Source of the DNA: an uncultured Gammaproteobacteria bacterium
Lineage (GTDB): Bacteria > Patescibacteriota > Patescibacteriia > UBA9934 > CAZDDW01
Assembly: GCA_965231015.1 (NCBI GenBank)
Contig: OZ246408.1
Coordinates: 793,908-857,907 of the forward strand
Length of the DNA: 64,000 nt
Direction: 5' to 3'
Part shown: in pieces, positions 1 to 7,534 of the stretch
Layout of the letters: each line of letters begins with the position of its first letter
How positions within the stretch are numbered: the stretch's first letter is position 1
Made by a program: the position numbers and the translations under genes
Notes under the pieces: model-generated
Seen by the model: the letters and a program-made list of their open reading frames with translations, nothing else
The model's database searches: none
Told to the model about the DNA's origin: nothing

Positions 1-149
1 TTGTTTTTGTTAGACTTGGCTTCATTAAAAATATTATACCATATTGCTATAAGATGCTGTGTAAAAAAATATCGAATTAAACACAGCTGATATTTTAGTA
101 TTGAACGATAAAAAACCATATATTGACCTTGCCTTTTATTAAAGCACTT

Positions 150-470
150 GCTCACCATAGCTCGCAAAGCGACGGTGAAAATAGGAAATCGGACTGGACC
201 GACTGGTTGAAGAGGGGAAGGTGTCCCGAGACGACCTTTGCAAAACGAATCCGACCATACTTGTGGCCGGAGGCTCGCTGATTGCCTCCTCGCGGACATT
301 GGTCTTGAACCGGAAAGAGTTCGATAAAGGAGTGTCCTCCTTTTTTGAAGTAATTAACGTATGGCTTCAAATCTCCGGACTATTTTTTGCCTGCTTAAAG
401 ATTAAGACTGTCTGTCCTCCTCTAACGAAAGCGGACAAAAAAGATCCTAAAACCCTTCCCCCCCACCCCC
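150..470. ncRNA. Unclassified GC-rich, hairpin-rich segment (about 52% GC in an AT-rich background) ending in a + strand terminator-like hairpin (313..337, AAGGAG-tgtc-CTCCTT-TTTT); candidate structured RNA, family not identified
   Basis: Compositional contrast with flanks; multiple stem-loops (GGAGGC-tcgctgatt-GCCTCC); C-rich tract 455..473; no convincing ORF; no match I could make to tmRNA, RNase P or SRP core motifs. Confidence 0.2.
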
Positions 471-480
471 TTTCTTAATT

Positions 481-509
481 AAAAAATAGAAACCATTATC
501 TCGGTTTTT
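481..509. terminator. Hairpin (GAAACC-attatctc-GGTTTT) with T/A tracts on both sides; probable bidirectional terminator downstream of the minus-strand oxidoreductase gene
   Basis: Stem-loop plus flanking A6/T5 runs. Confidence 0.35.
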
Positions 510-609
510 AATTTTTGGCTCAAGGTCGCAGATGATGTTAAAACTATTATTTAAACCAAATAAAAACATATCAATGTACTTTTAATTTAACCGGGTACAC
601 TTGATTGAT

Positions 610-2535
610 TTATAATGCCAGTGTCGCTAACGCGCCCTCTGCCATTGCCTCAGTCACACGGCGGGGATTTACAGCATCGCCAACGATCGTTATTCGTTTG
701 ACTGATTTCTTCAATTCTTTAGCCAAACCATCATTGGGTTGAGACCCCAAACAGAGGACAACCGTTGTGGCCGGTATGGTTTTTATCCCTTGAGTATTTT
801 CAATGGAAACCGTGTCTGAACCAATTTCCATTACTTTTGTATACAATAGCATTTTGACGTTCTTTTTTTGCAAGCGTCCTAACAAAAGCGTTCTATCATC
901 CACGGGAGCATCTAGCGCAATTTCGCCCGAGGCCTCGACAATGGTGACTGGCAACCCCTTGTCAGCAAGGTATTCCGCCGTTTGAGCGCCGGCACAACCC
1001 CCTCCCGCAACCACAACTTTTCCTTTTGCTTTTGCTTTTTTTTCCAAAAGGTCTCTGGCAATTAAAACATGTTTTCTATCTACCCCGGGGATATCAGGCC
1101 GCACCGCAGAGGAACCGGTCGCGATGATAATGGCGTCCGGTTTTATTTTTTTCAAAGTTGATGATGAAAACATGGTTTTCAGCTTCACATTCACCCCCAA
1201 GCTTTTAACATCTCGCACCAATGTTTTCCGCAATTCCTGCCAACCCTCGCGATGTGGGGCGGCGGAGGCGGCGAACAATTGTCCACCAAGACGCGCTGAT
1301 TTTTCATACAAGGTGACTTTATGACCACGCTTTGCCGCAGTACGCGCCGCTTCTAGACCGGCGGGTCCTCCACCAACGACCACGACATTTCTTTTTTTCT
1401 TTGCCGGCTTTAAAAATTGTTGTTCTCTGCTCGTTTCCGGATTAACCGTGCACCAAACATCTTGTTGTGCGAATAATCGAGAGATACAACCTTGATTGCA
1501 AGTAATGCACGGGTTAATTTTGCCTTCCTTTCCGGATAGAACCTTGTTTGGCCAGTCCGGATCAGCCAGCAACGTTCGTCCCAAAGCCACGAAATCAGCT
1601 TGACCGTTCTTCAAGATGCTTTCCGCCATTTTTGGCGTTCGGATTTTCCCAACGGCGATAAGAGGAAGCTTGCTTGCTTTTTTCACTTGAGCCGCCAAAT
1701 CTAGCAATACGCCATCCTTGACAGCCATCGGAGGAATCATTTTTCCCTGCGCGTAGGAGGCATAATTACCGGCTGAAATATGCACGGCGTCAATACCCAA
1801 TCTCTCTAACTCTTTTACAATACGAATAGTGTCTTTAACTTTGAGGCCACCGGGGACGAACTCGTCCGCTGATAAACGAATTGTCATGATAAACTCATCT
1901 CCAACTTCTTTGCGGACAGCCTGAATCACTTCTTTCGCAAACCTAAAACGATTTTCAAAGGATCCTCCGTACTTATCGGTTCTTTTATTTGAAAAAGGAG
2001 AAAGAAATTGTGTAATGAGATAACCGTGGGCACCGTGCAGTTCCACAAAATCACAGCCGGCTTTTTTCGCGCGACCGGCCGCCGCGGCATATTGAGCCAC
2101 TATTTTTTTTATCTCTGCTTGAGTAAGTGCGTGAGGAACTTCATTTATCGTAGGATCGGGAATAGCCGAAGGAGCCAGGGGTTGCTTGCCGGTCGTTTTT
2201 GAAGATGTTTGCCTGCCGGCATGATAAAGCTGGGGTCCTATCACGGCACCTTCTTTATGGGCGACTTTCACTAACTTTTTTAACCCGGGAATCACGGCAT
2301 CCGAATGAATCCCAAGCTCATTAACGAAGCCTTTTCCCCGCGGATCGATAAAGCTCGCTTCAAGAATAAGCATGCCAGCCCCTCCTTTTGCTATTCGCTC
2401 AATATGAGCAAGATAGCGCGATGTAACCAAACCTTTTTTATCCACGTAGTTTCTTACCATCGGCGGCATGACTAAACGATTTTTTATTTTTAGAGAACCG
2501 ATTGTCACCGGTTCAAAAAGTTTCTTGTATTTCAT
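610..2535 (-). CDS. Old Yellow Enzyme-family FMN oxidoreductase fused to an FAD/NAD(P)-binding domain with a 4Fe-4S motif (2,4-dienoyl-CoA reductase FadH / NADH oxidase-like)
   Basis: N-terminal OYE TIM-barrel motifs (HGAHGYLITQFLSP), CxxCxxxC-like CITCNQGCISR, Rossmann GGGPAGLEAA and GGGCAGAQ; ATG at 2535 (MKYKKLF) preferred over the TTG at 2574. Confidence 0.8.
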   Translation of the reverse strand: MKYKKLFEPVTIGSLKIKNRLVMPPMVRNYVDKKGLVTSRYLAHIERIAKGGAGMLILEASFIDPRGKGFVNELGIHSDAVIPGLKKLVKVAHKEGAVIGPQLYHAGRQTSSKTTGKQPLAPSAIPDPTINEVPHALTQAEIKKIVAQYAAAAGRAKKAGCDFVELHGAHGYLITQFLSPFSNKRTDKYGGSFENRFRFAKEVIQAVRKEVGDEFIMTIRLSADEFVPGGLKVKDTIRIVKELERLGIDAVHISAGNYASYAQGKMIPPMAVKDGVLLDLAAQVKKASKLPLIAVGKIRTPKMAESILKNGQADFVALGRTLLADPDWPNKVLSGKEGKINPCITCNQGCISRLFAQQDVWCTVNPETSREQQFLKPAKKKRNVVVVGGGPAGLEAARTAAKRGHKVTLYEKSARLGGQLFAASAAPHREGWQELRKTLVRDVKSLGVNVKLKTMFSSSTLKKIKPDAIIIATGSSAVRPDIPGVDRKHVLIARDLLEKKAKAKGKVVVAGGGCAGAQTAEYLADKGLPVTIVEASGEIALDAPVDDRTLLLGRLQKKNVKMLLYTKVMEIGSDTVSIENTQGIKTIPATTVVLCLGSQPNDGLAKELKKSVKRITIVGDAVNPRRVTEAMAEGALATLAL

Positions 2536-2834
2536 ATTTGCTTTAATGGTTGATGAGCAAAAAAACGGTGCCAAATAGCTCTTTTACAAATATTGTCTTG
2601 AAGTAAATACTTTCACTCTCAGTATACCACTTCTTTGTCATTGAAAAAACCTCCCTAATCACTTACCCGAATATATTTTTCTGCAAAGAGAAAAGCGGGG
2701 CATTAACTCTACTTGGCTCCGAACTCTGAACTAAATTCGAACTTTTTTCAGAGAAAATCCAGAATAAAAATGAGGTGCGTTTCCGCTTTTTTCTGATAAA
2801 GAAAAACAGCCGTTAATACGCCGAACATACAATT

Positions 2835-2909
2835 TGGCTCCCCGGGTTGGACTCGAACCAACAACATCCACGTTAACAGCGTGGCGTTCTGCCTTTGAAC
2901 TACCGGGGA
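2835..2909 (-). tRNA. tRNA-Asn (GTT)
   Basis: Cloverleaf: acceptor TCCCCGG/CCGGGGA, anticodon loop CTGTTAA, T-loop TTCGAGT, encoded CCA. Confidence 0.9.
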
Positions 2910-3089
2910 ATGCTTGTCCACCAAAGCTTTAGCGACGGTGAAAAATAAAACGGCCAGCCCTTTGGCTGGTCGCTTAATCGTTTTTGAATACAACTTAAGC
3001 AATCCAGCCGGGCCGGAAATTAATATTATTTCGATTATTATTGCTGAAAATCATCATATGTGACCTAAATATACACGAATTATACCCTC

Positions 3090-3118
3090 TTGTCAAATAC
3101 CCAAAACTGTGTTAATAT
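3090..3118 (+). promoter_or_regulatory. Sigma70-like promoter for tRNA-Asp (TTGTCA-N17-TAATAT)
   Basis: -35 at 3090..3095 and -10 at 3113..3118, 18 nt upstream of the tRNA 5' end. Confidence 0.5.
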
Positions 3119-3136
3119 TTCGCCACATGAGGTTGT

Positions 3137-3212
3137 GGACCGGTAGTGAAGCGGTTAACACGTCGCCCTGTCACGGCGAAGATCGCGGGTTCGAATCCCG
3201 TCCGGTCCGCCA
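3137..3212 (+). tRNA. tRNA-Asp (GTC)
   Basis: Acceptor GGACCGG/CCGGTCC, anticodon loop CTGTCAC, T-loop TTCGAAT, encoded CCA. Confidence 0.9.
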
Positions 3213-3215
3213 TAA

Positions 3216-3240
3216 GACCCCGAGCAAATTCGGGGTTTTA
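3216..3240 (+). terminator. Rho-independent terminator after tRNA-Asp (CCCCGA-gcaaat-TCGGGG-TTTT)
   Basis: 6-bp GC stem plus T4. Confidence 0.6.
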
Positions 3241-3301
3241 TGATTTGACGAATTTGGCTGATTCTAGCATAATACTTCTAGTTGTTAATAACTCTATTAT
3301 T

Positions 3302-3880
3302 ATGTCAGAAGAAATACAGAAGGTTCCAGAAGAAGCCTTAATGTCTAAACAAGAAGGCACGGAATCAACTCTACCGGAGGACCAAATCGAACGAGGAGGA
3401 GCAAATGATAATGTTCGGAAAATCAGTCCGGAAATGGTAGCCAAGGCTAAACAAGAAGGCTTGGCCGTCGAAAAAGGTAAAACCTCTGATCCCGTTTCCA
3501 AACGAGAAGCACTAAGTGGAGACAAGGACTGGTCCAAAGAAAACGTTGAAATCGGGGCTGATGTTCGGGCGGCGGCCATGGAACTGGCTGCGGAAAGCGA
3601 ATCCTCAGCTGATCTTCGAACCTCAACGATTGATGCCCTGATGAACCAGACAGTAACTTTTGAAGTTAGTGACGGGCTCGGTGCAAAGGGGAAAATACTA
3701 TCTCGTAACGAAGATGGTTCACAGGTAACAATCCGAGTAACCACCAAAAAATCCTGGATGCCGTGGAAAAAAGATGAGATTCAAGACCACACCGTTAGTC
3801 CAGATCAAATCCAGAGCTTTGATGAAATGATGAAACAGAATCAAGCAATTCAAGAAACGGGAACCCAGTCAACCGGCTAA
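3302..3880 (+). CDS. Hypothetical acidic protein (192 aa)
   Basis: Intact ORF; the ORF-track start at 3146 overlaps tRNA-Asp and is rejected, first ATG after the tRNA terminator used; followed by a terminator. Confidence 0.55.
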   Translation: MSEEIQKVPEEALMSKQEGTESTLPEDQIERGGANDNVRKISPEMVAKAKQEGLAVEKGKTSDPVSKREALSGDKDWSKENVEIGADVRAAAMELAAESESSADLRTSTIDALMNQTVTFEVSDGLGAKGKILSRNEDGSQVTIRVTTKKSWMPWKKDEIQDHTVSPDQIQSFDEMMKQNQAIQETGTQSTG

Positions 3881-3894
3881 GTTATCATGATAAC

Positions 3895-3925
3895 AAAACC
3901 CCGGGCATGTGCTCGGGGTTTTTGG
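3895..3925 (+). terminator. Rho-independent terminator (CCCCGGGC-atgt-GCTCGGGG-TTTTT)
   Basis: 8-bp stem with one G.U pair, T5 tract. Confidence 0.6.
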
Positions 3926-3978
3926 TTTATTTTTTCATTTTCACTTTCGTGCGAATATCCCGATGAGATCAATTTGTT

Positions 3979-4008
3979 ATACCCCTTATTCGTACGAATA
4001 AGGGGTAT
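3979..4008. repeat. Perfect 30-bp palindrome ATACCCCTTATTCGT/ACGAATAAGGGGTAT; a member of a recurring palindromic element family (see also 9966..10030, 33834..33870, 52155..52200)
   Basis: Exact reverse-complement symmetry read directly from the sequence; shares TACCCC/GGGGTA arms and a TTCGTAC/GAA core with the other copies. Confidence 0.8.
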
Positions 4009-4041
4009 GGAACTCGAGACAAAAAATTGACCGCCGCAAGA

Positions 4042-4419
4042 TCACTCGGATCCGGCAGCGGTATCGGAAGTAGAGAAGGTATCGATTCCCATCTCGGCCA
4101 TGACTTCCTCGACCTTGATGGCCACTTCTTCGGTGAGCGGGGCGTGATCGTCCTTGATACGGCTCATGTGCTCGGGACTGATACCGATCTTGTCGACCAG
4201 ATCTTTATCCGAGCAACCACGGTCCTGTCCCTGCTTGATGAAGGCGAGCACAGTGGTAAAATCGGAAAACATTAGAGTGTGAACAGCAGATAAAACCGAG
4301 AGTGACTCCACTCTCACTTCCCCTTTCACGTACCGCATCATGTCCTCAAGCATCATCATCAACTTGGTTGGATTGGCTTCATCATCAGCGAGCACCAGAC
4401 GCAACTTGAGCTTGCTCAT
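4042..4419 (-). CDS. Hypothetical protein (125 aa) with a C-terminal HTH-like segment (DLVDKIGISPEHMSRI)
   Basis: Intact ORF in a GC-rich patch; ATGA overlap with the upstream small ORF. Confidence 0.5.
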   Translation of the reverse strand: MSKLKLRLVLADDEANPTKLMMMLEDMMRYVKGEVRVESLSVLSAVHTLMFSDFTTVLAFIKQGQDRGCSDKDLVDKIGISPEHMSRIKDDHAPLTEEVAIKVEEVMAEMGIDTFSTSDTAAGSE

Positions 4420-4613
4420 CGAGCTAATCGTCGCTCTTCTGATTCGAACGCGGCACCCAGATGGACGGGCCGCGAGCCGCCACGACTGCTTAAGCTCATG
4501 ACACCGGGATCATAATAGTTCGAACTCGTACCATTGTCGCCCCAGGTGAACACCCAGTACAGCACCGCGACGATTTCGCAGTAGATCAAGTACGTGATTG
4601 CAAGTGGAATCAT
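4416..4613 (-). CDS. Small predicted membrane protein (65 aa, MIPLAITYLIYCEIVAVLYWVF...)
   Basis: ATG overlapping the stop of the upstream 39-aa ORF (ATGA coupling); one hydrophobic helix. Confidence 0.4.
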   Translation of the reverse strand: MIPLAITYLIYCEIVAVLYWVFTWGDNGTSSNYYDPGVMSLSSRGGSRPVHLGAAFESEERRLAR

Positions 4614-4729
4614 GTGACAATCCGAAACTGTGCCCCAGCCAGAGGCAAGGTGATCCACATCATCACACCGGCCGCACCCATGATGGCGGCCACGATAGCG
4701 ATTCGGGTCAAACTTTTGTGTTTGCTCAC
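4610..4729 (-). CDS. Small hydrophobic peptide (39 aa, MSKHKSLTRIAIVAAIMGAAGVMMWITLPLAGAQFRIVT), GTG start
   Basis: Strong SD GGAGGAG placed 8 nt upstream of the GTG; a TM helix; a different frame from the 106-aa track ORF, which has no RBS spacing. Confidence 0.4.
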   Translation of the reverse strand: MSKHKSLTRIAIVAAIMGAAGVMMWITLPLAGAQFRIVT

Positions 4730-4796
4730 GGTTCACTCCTCCTCTTGGTCAAAGCCAAGACTCGAGGTTTCCCGATTTTTAACTTCTCGTCAACCC

Positions 4797-6176
4797 CTAG
4801 ATTTCAAGGCTTCCATAATGGATCACGAGATAGACTTTATAATTATTTCCGTTTGGTTCAAAGTACATGCCCGTACCGACGGTGTTCCAATCTTCGTGAT
4901 AAATTGAGCGGTAGTGGGCACCGTTGTAACCCTCTTCGGCGAGCATCCAATCAATGGTTTGATCCATCATATCTTTGACCGATTCGGTGGTTCCGGAAAC
5001 ATAATTCCACGAAATATTCTCGGTAAAGTAATTTTCGTTCCATCCATCGGCTGAATACCGCTCGGTCCAATCATAATCCCACTCTTCGATCCACTCGTGC
5101 ATGCTAGAGCCGTCCGGGCGAGTGTGTGTGGAATATCCAACCTCTTCTCCTTCATAGCCGGCCCAATCCGTGGCCGAGTCAATAAAACGTTGATCAAGCA
5201 CCAGCTCGCGAAGTCCTGCTGCCGTGCGCAAATCATTAATCTCATCCAACCAGTACTCGTTTACTTCCATCAAATCAACTCCACTTGGCACCTCTCCGCG
5301 CTGGTACGAACTAATTGTTAGCTCACTACTCGAGCTCGAGCTGGCCGATGAGGCCGTGGTCGAACTTGTAGTTTCATATTCAATATAAACGTCTTCCATG
5401 TCTCCTTCATCAATGGCTGATAAATCTGCATCTGTAATTCCAAGACTCAGGTAGCGCATGATGCTGTAGGCGGCATCTCCGTCACGCATATAAATGCGGC
5501 GGCAAATATCCGGATCAACATACCAGGCTTCACCATGTTGTTCGACTTGGAGCAAGATCTTTCCTTTGAGCCGATCGGCCAGATCATTGCTCGAACAAAT
5601 ACTAGACGATCTATCCATCTCATCCGTATCATCTACTTCCGGAATATCATCAAGGTCAGCGTCAGTAATCCCAAGCCCAAAGGAACGCATCATTTCATAC
5701 GCAGTTGGGCCGTCTTTCATGTAATAACGTAATTTGTCTTCTGGATTCACGTACCAAGCCTCACCGTTTTGCTCAGTCTGTAGCAAGATGTAGCCAACGG
5801 TGCGATCAGTAATGCTTGAAGTATCATAAAGAGTTGGCACTGGATCTTCTTCCTCTGGTTCATCCACTTCGGTAATAGCAGCGTCGGTAAGACTCATTAA
5901 GGCCGATCCGGTCCAACCCTCTACTCCATTCGGCGTAATCACTCGGTACCAACCATCGGTCTCTCCATTGATCTGCACTACAGTTCCGGCAGCCACAGTT
6001 TCGAGCACAGTTGTCCCGTCAACACACGGGTTATCGCGCACAAAAGCGGCAATATCATAAATGCCGTGCCAATCACGCTCATATATCGGATCCTCATAAC
6101 AGGCAAAAGCTAAAACTTGTTGCCCTATCAACATAGAACCGAGCAACATTATTAAACCGATCATCAATTTGTTCAT
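4797..6176 (-). CDS. Secreted protein: signal peptide, SH3b-like segment, two ~63-aa internal tandem repeats, C-terminal CAP/SCP (YkwD-like) domain
   Basis: N-terminal MNKLMIGLIMLLGSMLIGQQVLA; duplicated LLQ(T/V)EQ(N/H)GEAWYV(N/D)P...GLGITDADL repeat; CAP-like HYRSIYHEDWNTVGTG C-terminus. Confidence 0.7.
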   Translation of the reverse strand: MNKLMIGLIMLLGSMLIGQQVLAFACYEDPIYERDWHGIYDIAAFVRDNPCVDGTTVLETVAAGTVVQINGETDGWYRVITPNGVEGWTGSALMSLTDAAITEVDEPEEEDPVPTLYDTSSITDRTVGYILLQTEQNGEAWYVNPEDKLRYYMKDGPTAYEMMRSFGLGITDADLDDIPEVDDTDEMDRSSSICSSNDLADRLKGKILLQVEQHGEAWYVDPDICRRIYMRDGDAAYSIMRYLSLGITDADLSAIDEGDMEDVYIEYETTSSTTASSASSSSSSELTISSYQRGEVPSGVDLMEVNEYWLDEINDLRTAAGLRELVLDQRFIDSATDWAGYEGEEVGYSTHTRPDGSSMHEWIEEWDYDWTERYSADGWNENYFTENISWNYVSGTTESVKDMMDQTIDWMLAEEGYNGAHYRSIYHEDWNTVGTGMYFEPNGNNYKVYLVIHYGSLEI

Positions 6177-6207
6177 AAAAAATTTTTTAATTCTTCTTCC
6201 ATAATGC

Positions 6208-6213
6208 TATAAT
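6208..6213 (+). promoter_or_regulatory. TATAAT -10 box 9 nt upstream of the 6222 ATG (leaderless-type start)
   Basis: Exact TATAAT, no SD between it and the ATG. Confidence 0.3.
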
Positions 6214-6221
6214 TTAACCAC

Positions 6222-6875
6222 ATGAGCAAACCTGGAGGAAAACGGTATAAAAGGACACCGCTCGAGAAAATAAATGGACCTACTCCACAGCTTAAGCCGG
6301 TGGACATTATTTTGGTTCATCATAAACAAAGTTTGTTTCGTTTTTTTCTGCGCATGGTCACGGATTCTTACTGGGATCATGCCGCGCTGGTGATGTACCC
6401 CCGCAGTTCTAAAAACGAAATGCTCTACTCGGTAATTGTTGAGTCAATCCGGCCGGGGTTAGCCGGGCTGGTTGGCTCACGTGGTGTAGCTTTGCACCGA
6501 CTTGATAAATATTTCAACGAACCTCACCGATACGACGTGGGAATTGTCCGGGTTGAAGGTTTATCAAAAGAAGAGCGTGAGGAGGTTCGTTTGTTTATGC
6601 TAACCAATGTTGATGCCCCATACTGGCCGTGGCACTATATTGAAATCCTTCTTGCGGCCATGCTTCCACCTCTACGCTACTGGATTTTGCGTCGACAAAG
6701 ATTTAGCTGTTCTAGCTTGATTCAAAAAGCTTTCTTTGATGCATTGGGTGATAAATACAAATCACGTGTTGTTTTTAAAGAAGGGGTTTGGTCCCCAATT
6801 GAACTAGAAGAGCTGACAAGCCCGGGTGATATTGCTCGCAGTAAAAACATTAAATGGATCTACAATAAACATTAG
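6222..6875 (+). CDS. Putative permuted papain-like (YiiX/NlpC-P60-like, His-then-Cys order) hydrolase, paralog 1
   Basis: Conserved SYWDHAALV ... FSCSSLIQKAF pattern; paralogous to the next gene. Confidence 0.5.
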   Translation: MSKPGGKRYKRTPLEKINGPTPQLKPVDIILVHHKQSLFRFFLRMVTDSYWDHAALVMYPRSSKNEMLYSVIVESIRPGLAGLVGSRGVALHRLDKYFNEPHRYDVGIVRVEGLSKEEREEVRLFMLTNVDAPYWPWHYIEILLAAMLPPLRYWILRRQRFSCSSLIQKAFFDALGDKYKSRVVFKEGVWSPIELEELTSPGDIARSKNIKWIYNKH

Positions 6876-6876
6876 C

Positions 6877-7515
6877 ATGAAACCAGAAACCTTGAAGAAA
6901 AAATGGCCGGTTATTGAAGAACAGTTGGAAACAGCTGACATTTTGTTGTTTCATAAACGAAAGGGTCCAATAACAAAACGGATTCAGGAGGGTACAGGAA
7001 GTTATTGGAATCACATTGCCCTTATCTTTAAACCAAAATCCGAGATGCCAATCGGAGGGCCACTCATTGTTGAAGCAGCCTACAGCGGTATTGAAATTCA
7101 TCAACTAAAAAAATACACTGACCGAACTTTGTTATATGACATTGGAGTGCGTCGTTTTCCAAACTTAACAGAAAAACAAAAACAAGACATTGTCTTGAAT
7201 TTTATTTTAAAAAACTTGGATCAACCGTACGACTACAGTCGATTGGTTGGTCTATTTCTGGCCCCTCTTTTGGTACGTATTTCTCCAAAAATCCTACTCA
7301 AGGCCACGGACTATTTTATTCATGAAAACGCTTTTTTGTGTTCCACCTTTGCCATGAAAGCTTTTCAGCAAATATCAGAAAAACAAAATAAGAGCAAATC
7401 CTTTACCCAACACTTGGGTGTTCAACCCAAGAAAAAACACCGCCAGGAACTTTTTGCACCTGCCGATATTGCTGATTCAGACATGTTTGAGTGGATCTTC
7501 AATGAAAAACATTAA
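6877..7515 (+). CDS. Putative permuted papain-like (YiiX-like) hydrolase, paralog 2
   Basis: SYWNHIALIF ... FLCSTFAMKAF; ATG at 6877 placed 1 nt after the paralog 1 stop (the track start at 6826 is an in-frame extension). Confidence 0.5.
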   Translation: MKPETLKKKWPVIEEQLETADILLFHKRKGPITKRIQEGTGSYWNHIALIFKPKSEMPIGGPLIVEAAYSGIEIHQLKKYTDRTLLYDIGVRRFPNLTEKQKQDIVLNFILKNLDQPYDYSRLVGLFLAPLLVRISPKILLKATDYFIHENAFLCSTFAMKAFQQISEKQNKSKSFTQHLGVQPKKKHRQELFAPADIADSDMFEWIFNEKH

Positions 7516-7534
7516 AAAATACTGCGAATAGACT

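Noticed and set aside
150-470. Specific assignment of the GC-rich segment to tmRNA, RNase P or SRP RNA
   Set aside because: No tRNA-like 3' end with CCA, no GGAAAGTCCGG / ACAGAA P4 motifs, and no GGAA-tetraloop domain IV could be found by eye; left unclassified
152-478. Tracker ORFs 152..370(-) and 221..478(+) as protein genes
   Set aside because: They overlap each other inside the GC-rich structured segment, read through a terminator-like hairpin, lack an RBS, and give low-complexity products
3238-3747. 169-aa minus-strand ORF
   Set aside because: Antisense to the 3302..3880 ORF with a Ser/Ala-rich low-complexity product and no independent signals
3146-3880. 244-aa ORF starting at 3146
   Set aside because: Its first ~22 codons are the tRNA-Asp gene and its terminator; the first ATG after the terminator (3302) was used instead
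4416-4736. Single 106-aa ORF as called by the tracker
   Set aside because: Its GTG start sits 1-2 nt after the SD. A different-frame GTG 8 nt after GGAGGAG gives a 39-aa hydrophobic peptide ATGA-coupled to a 65-aa ORF, so it was split into two genes (still low confidence)
4598-4978. Plus-strand ORFs 4598..4978 and 4614..4907
   Set aside because: Antisense to the coupled small-gene trio and the CAP-domain gene; GC-rich DNA yields long spurious ORFs
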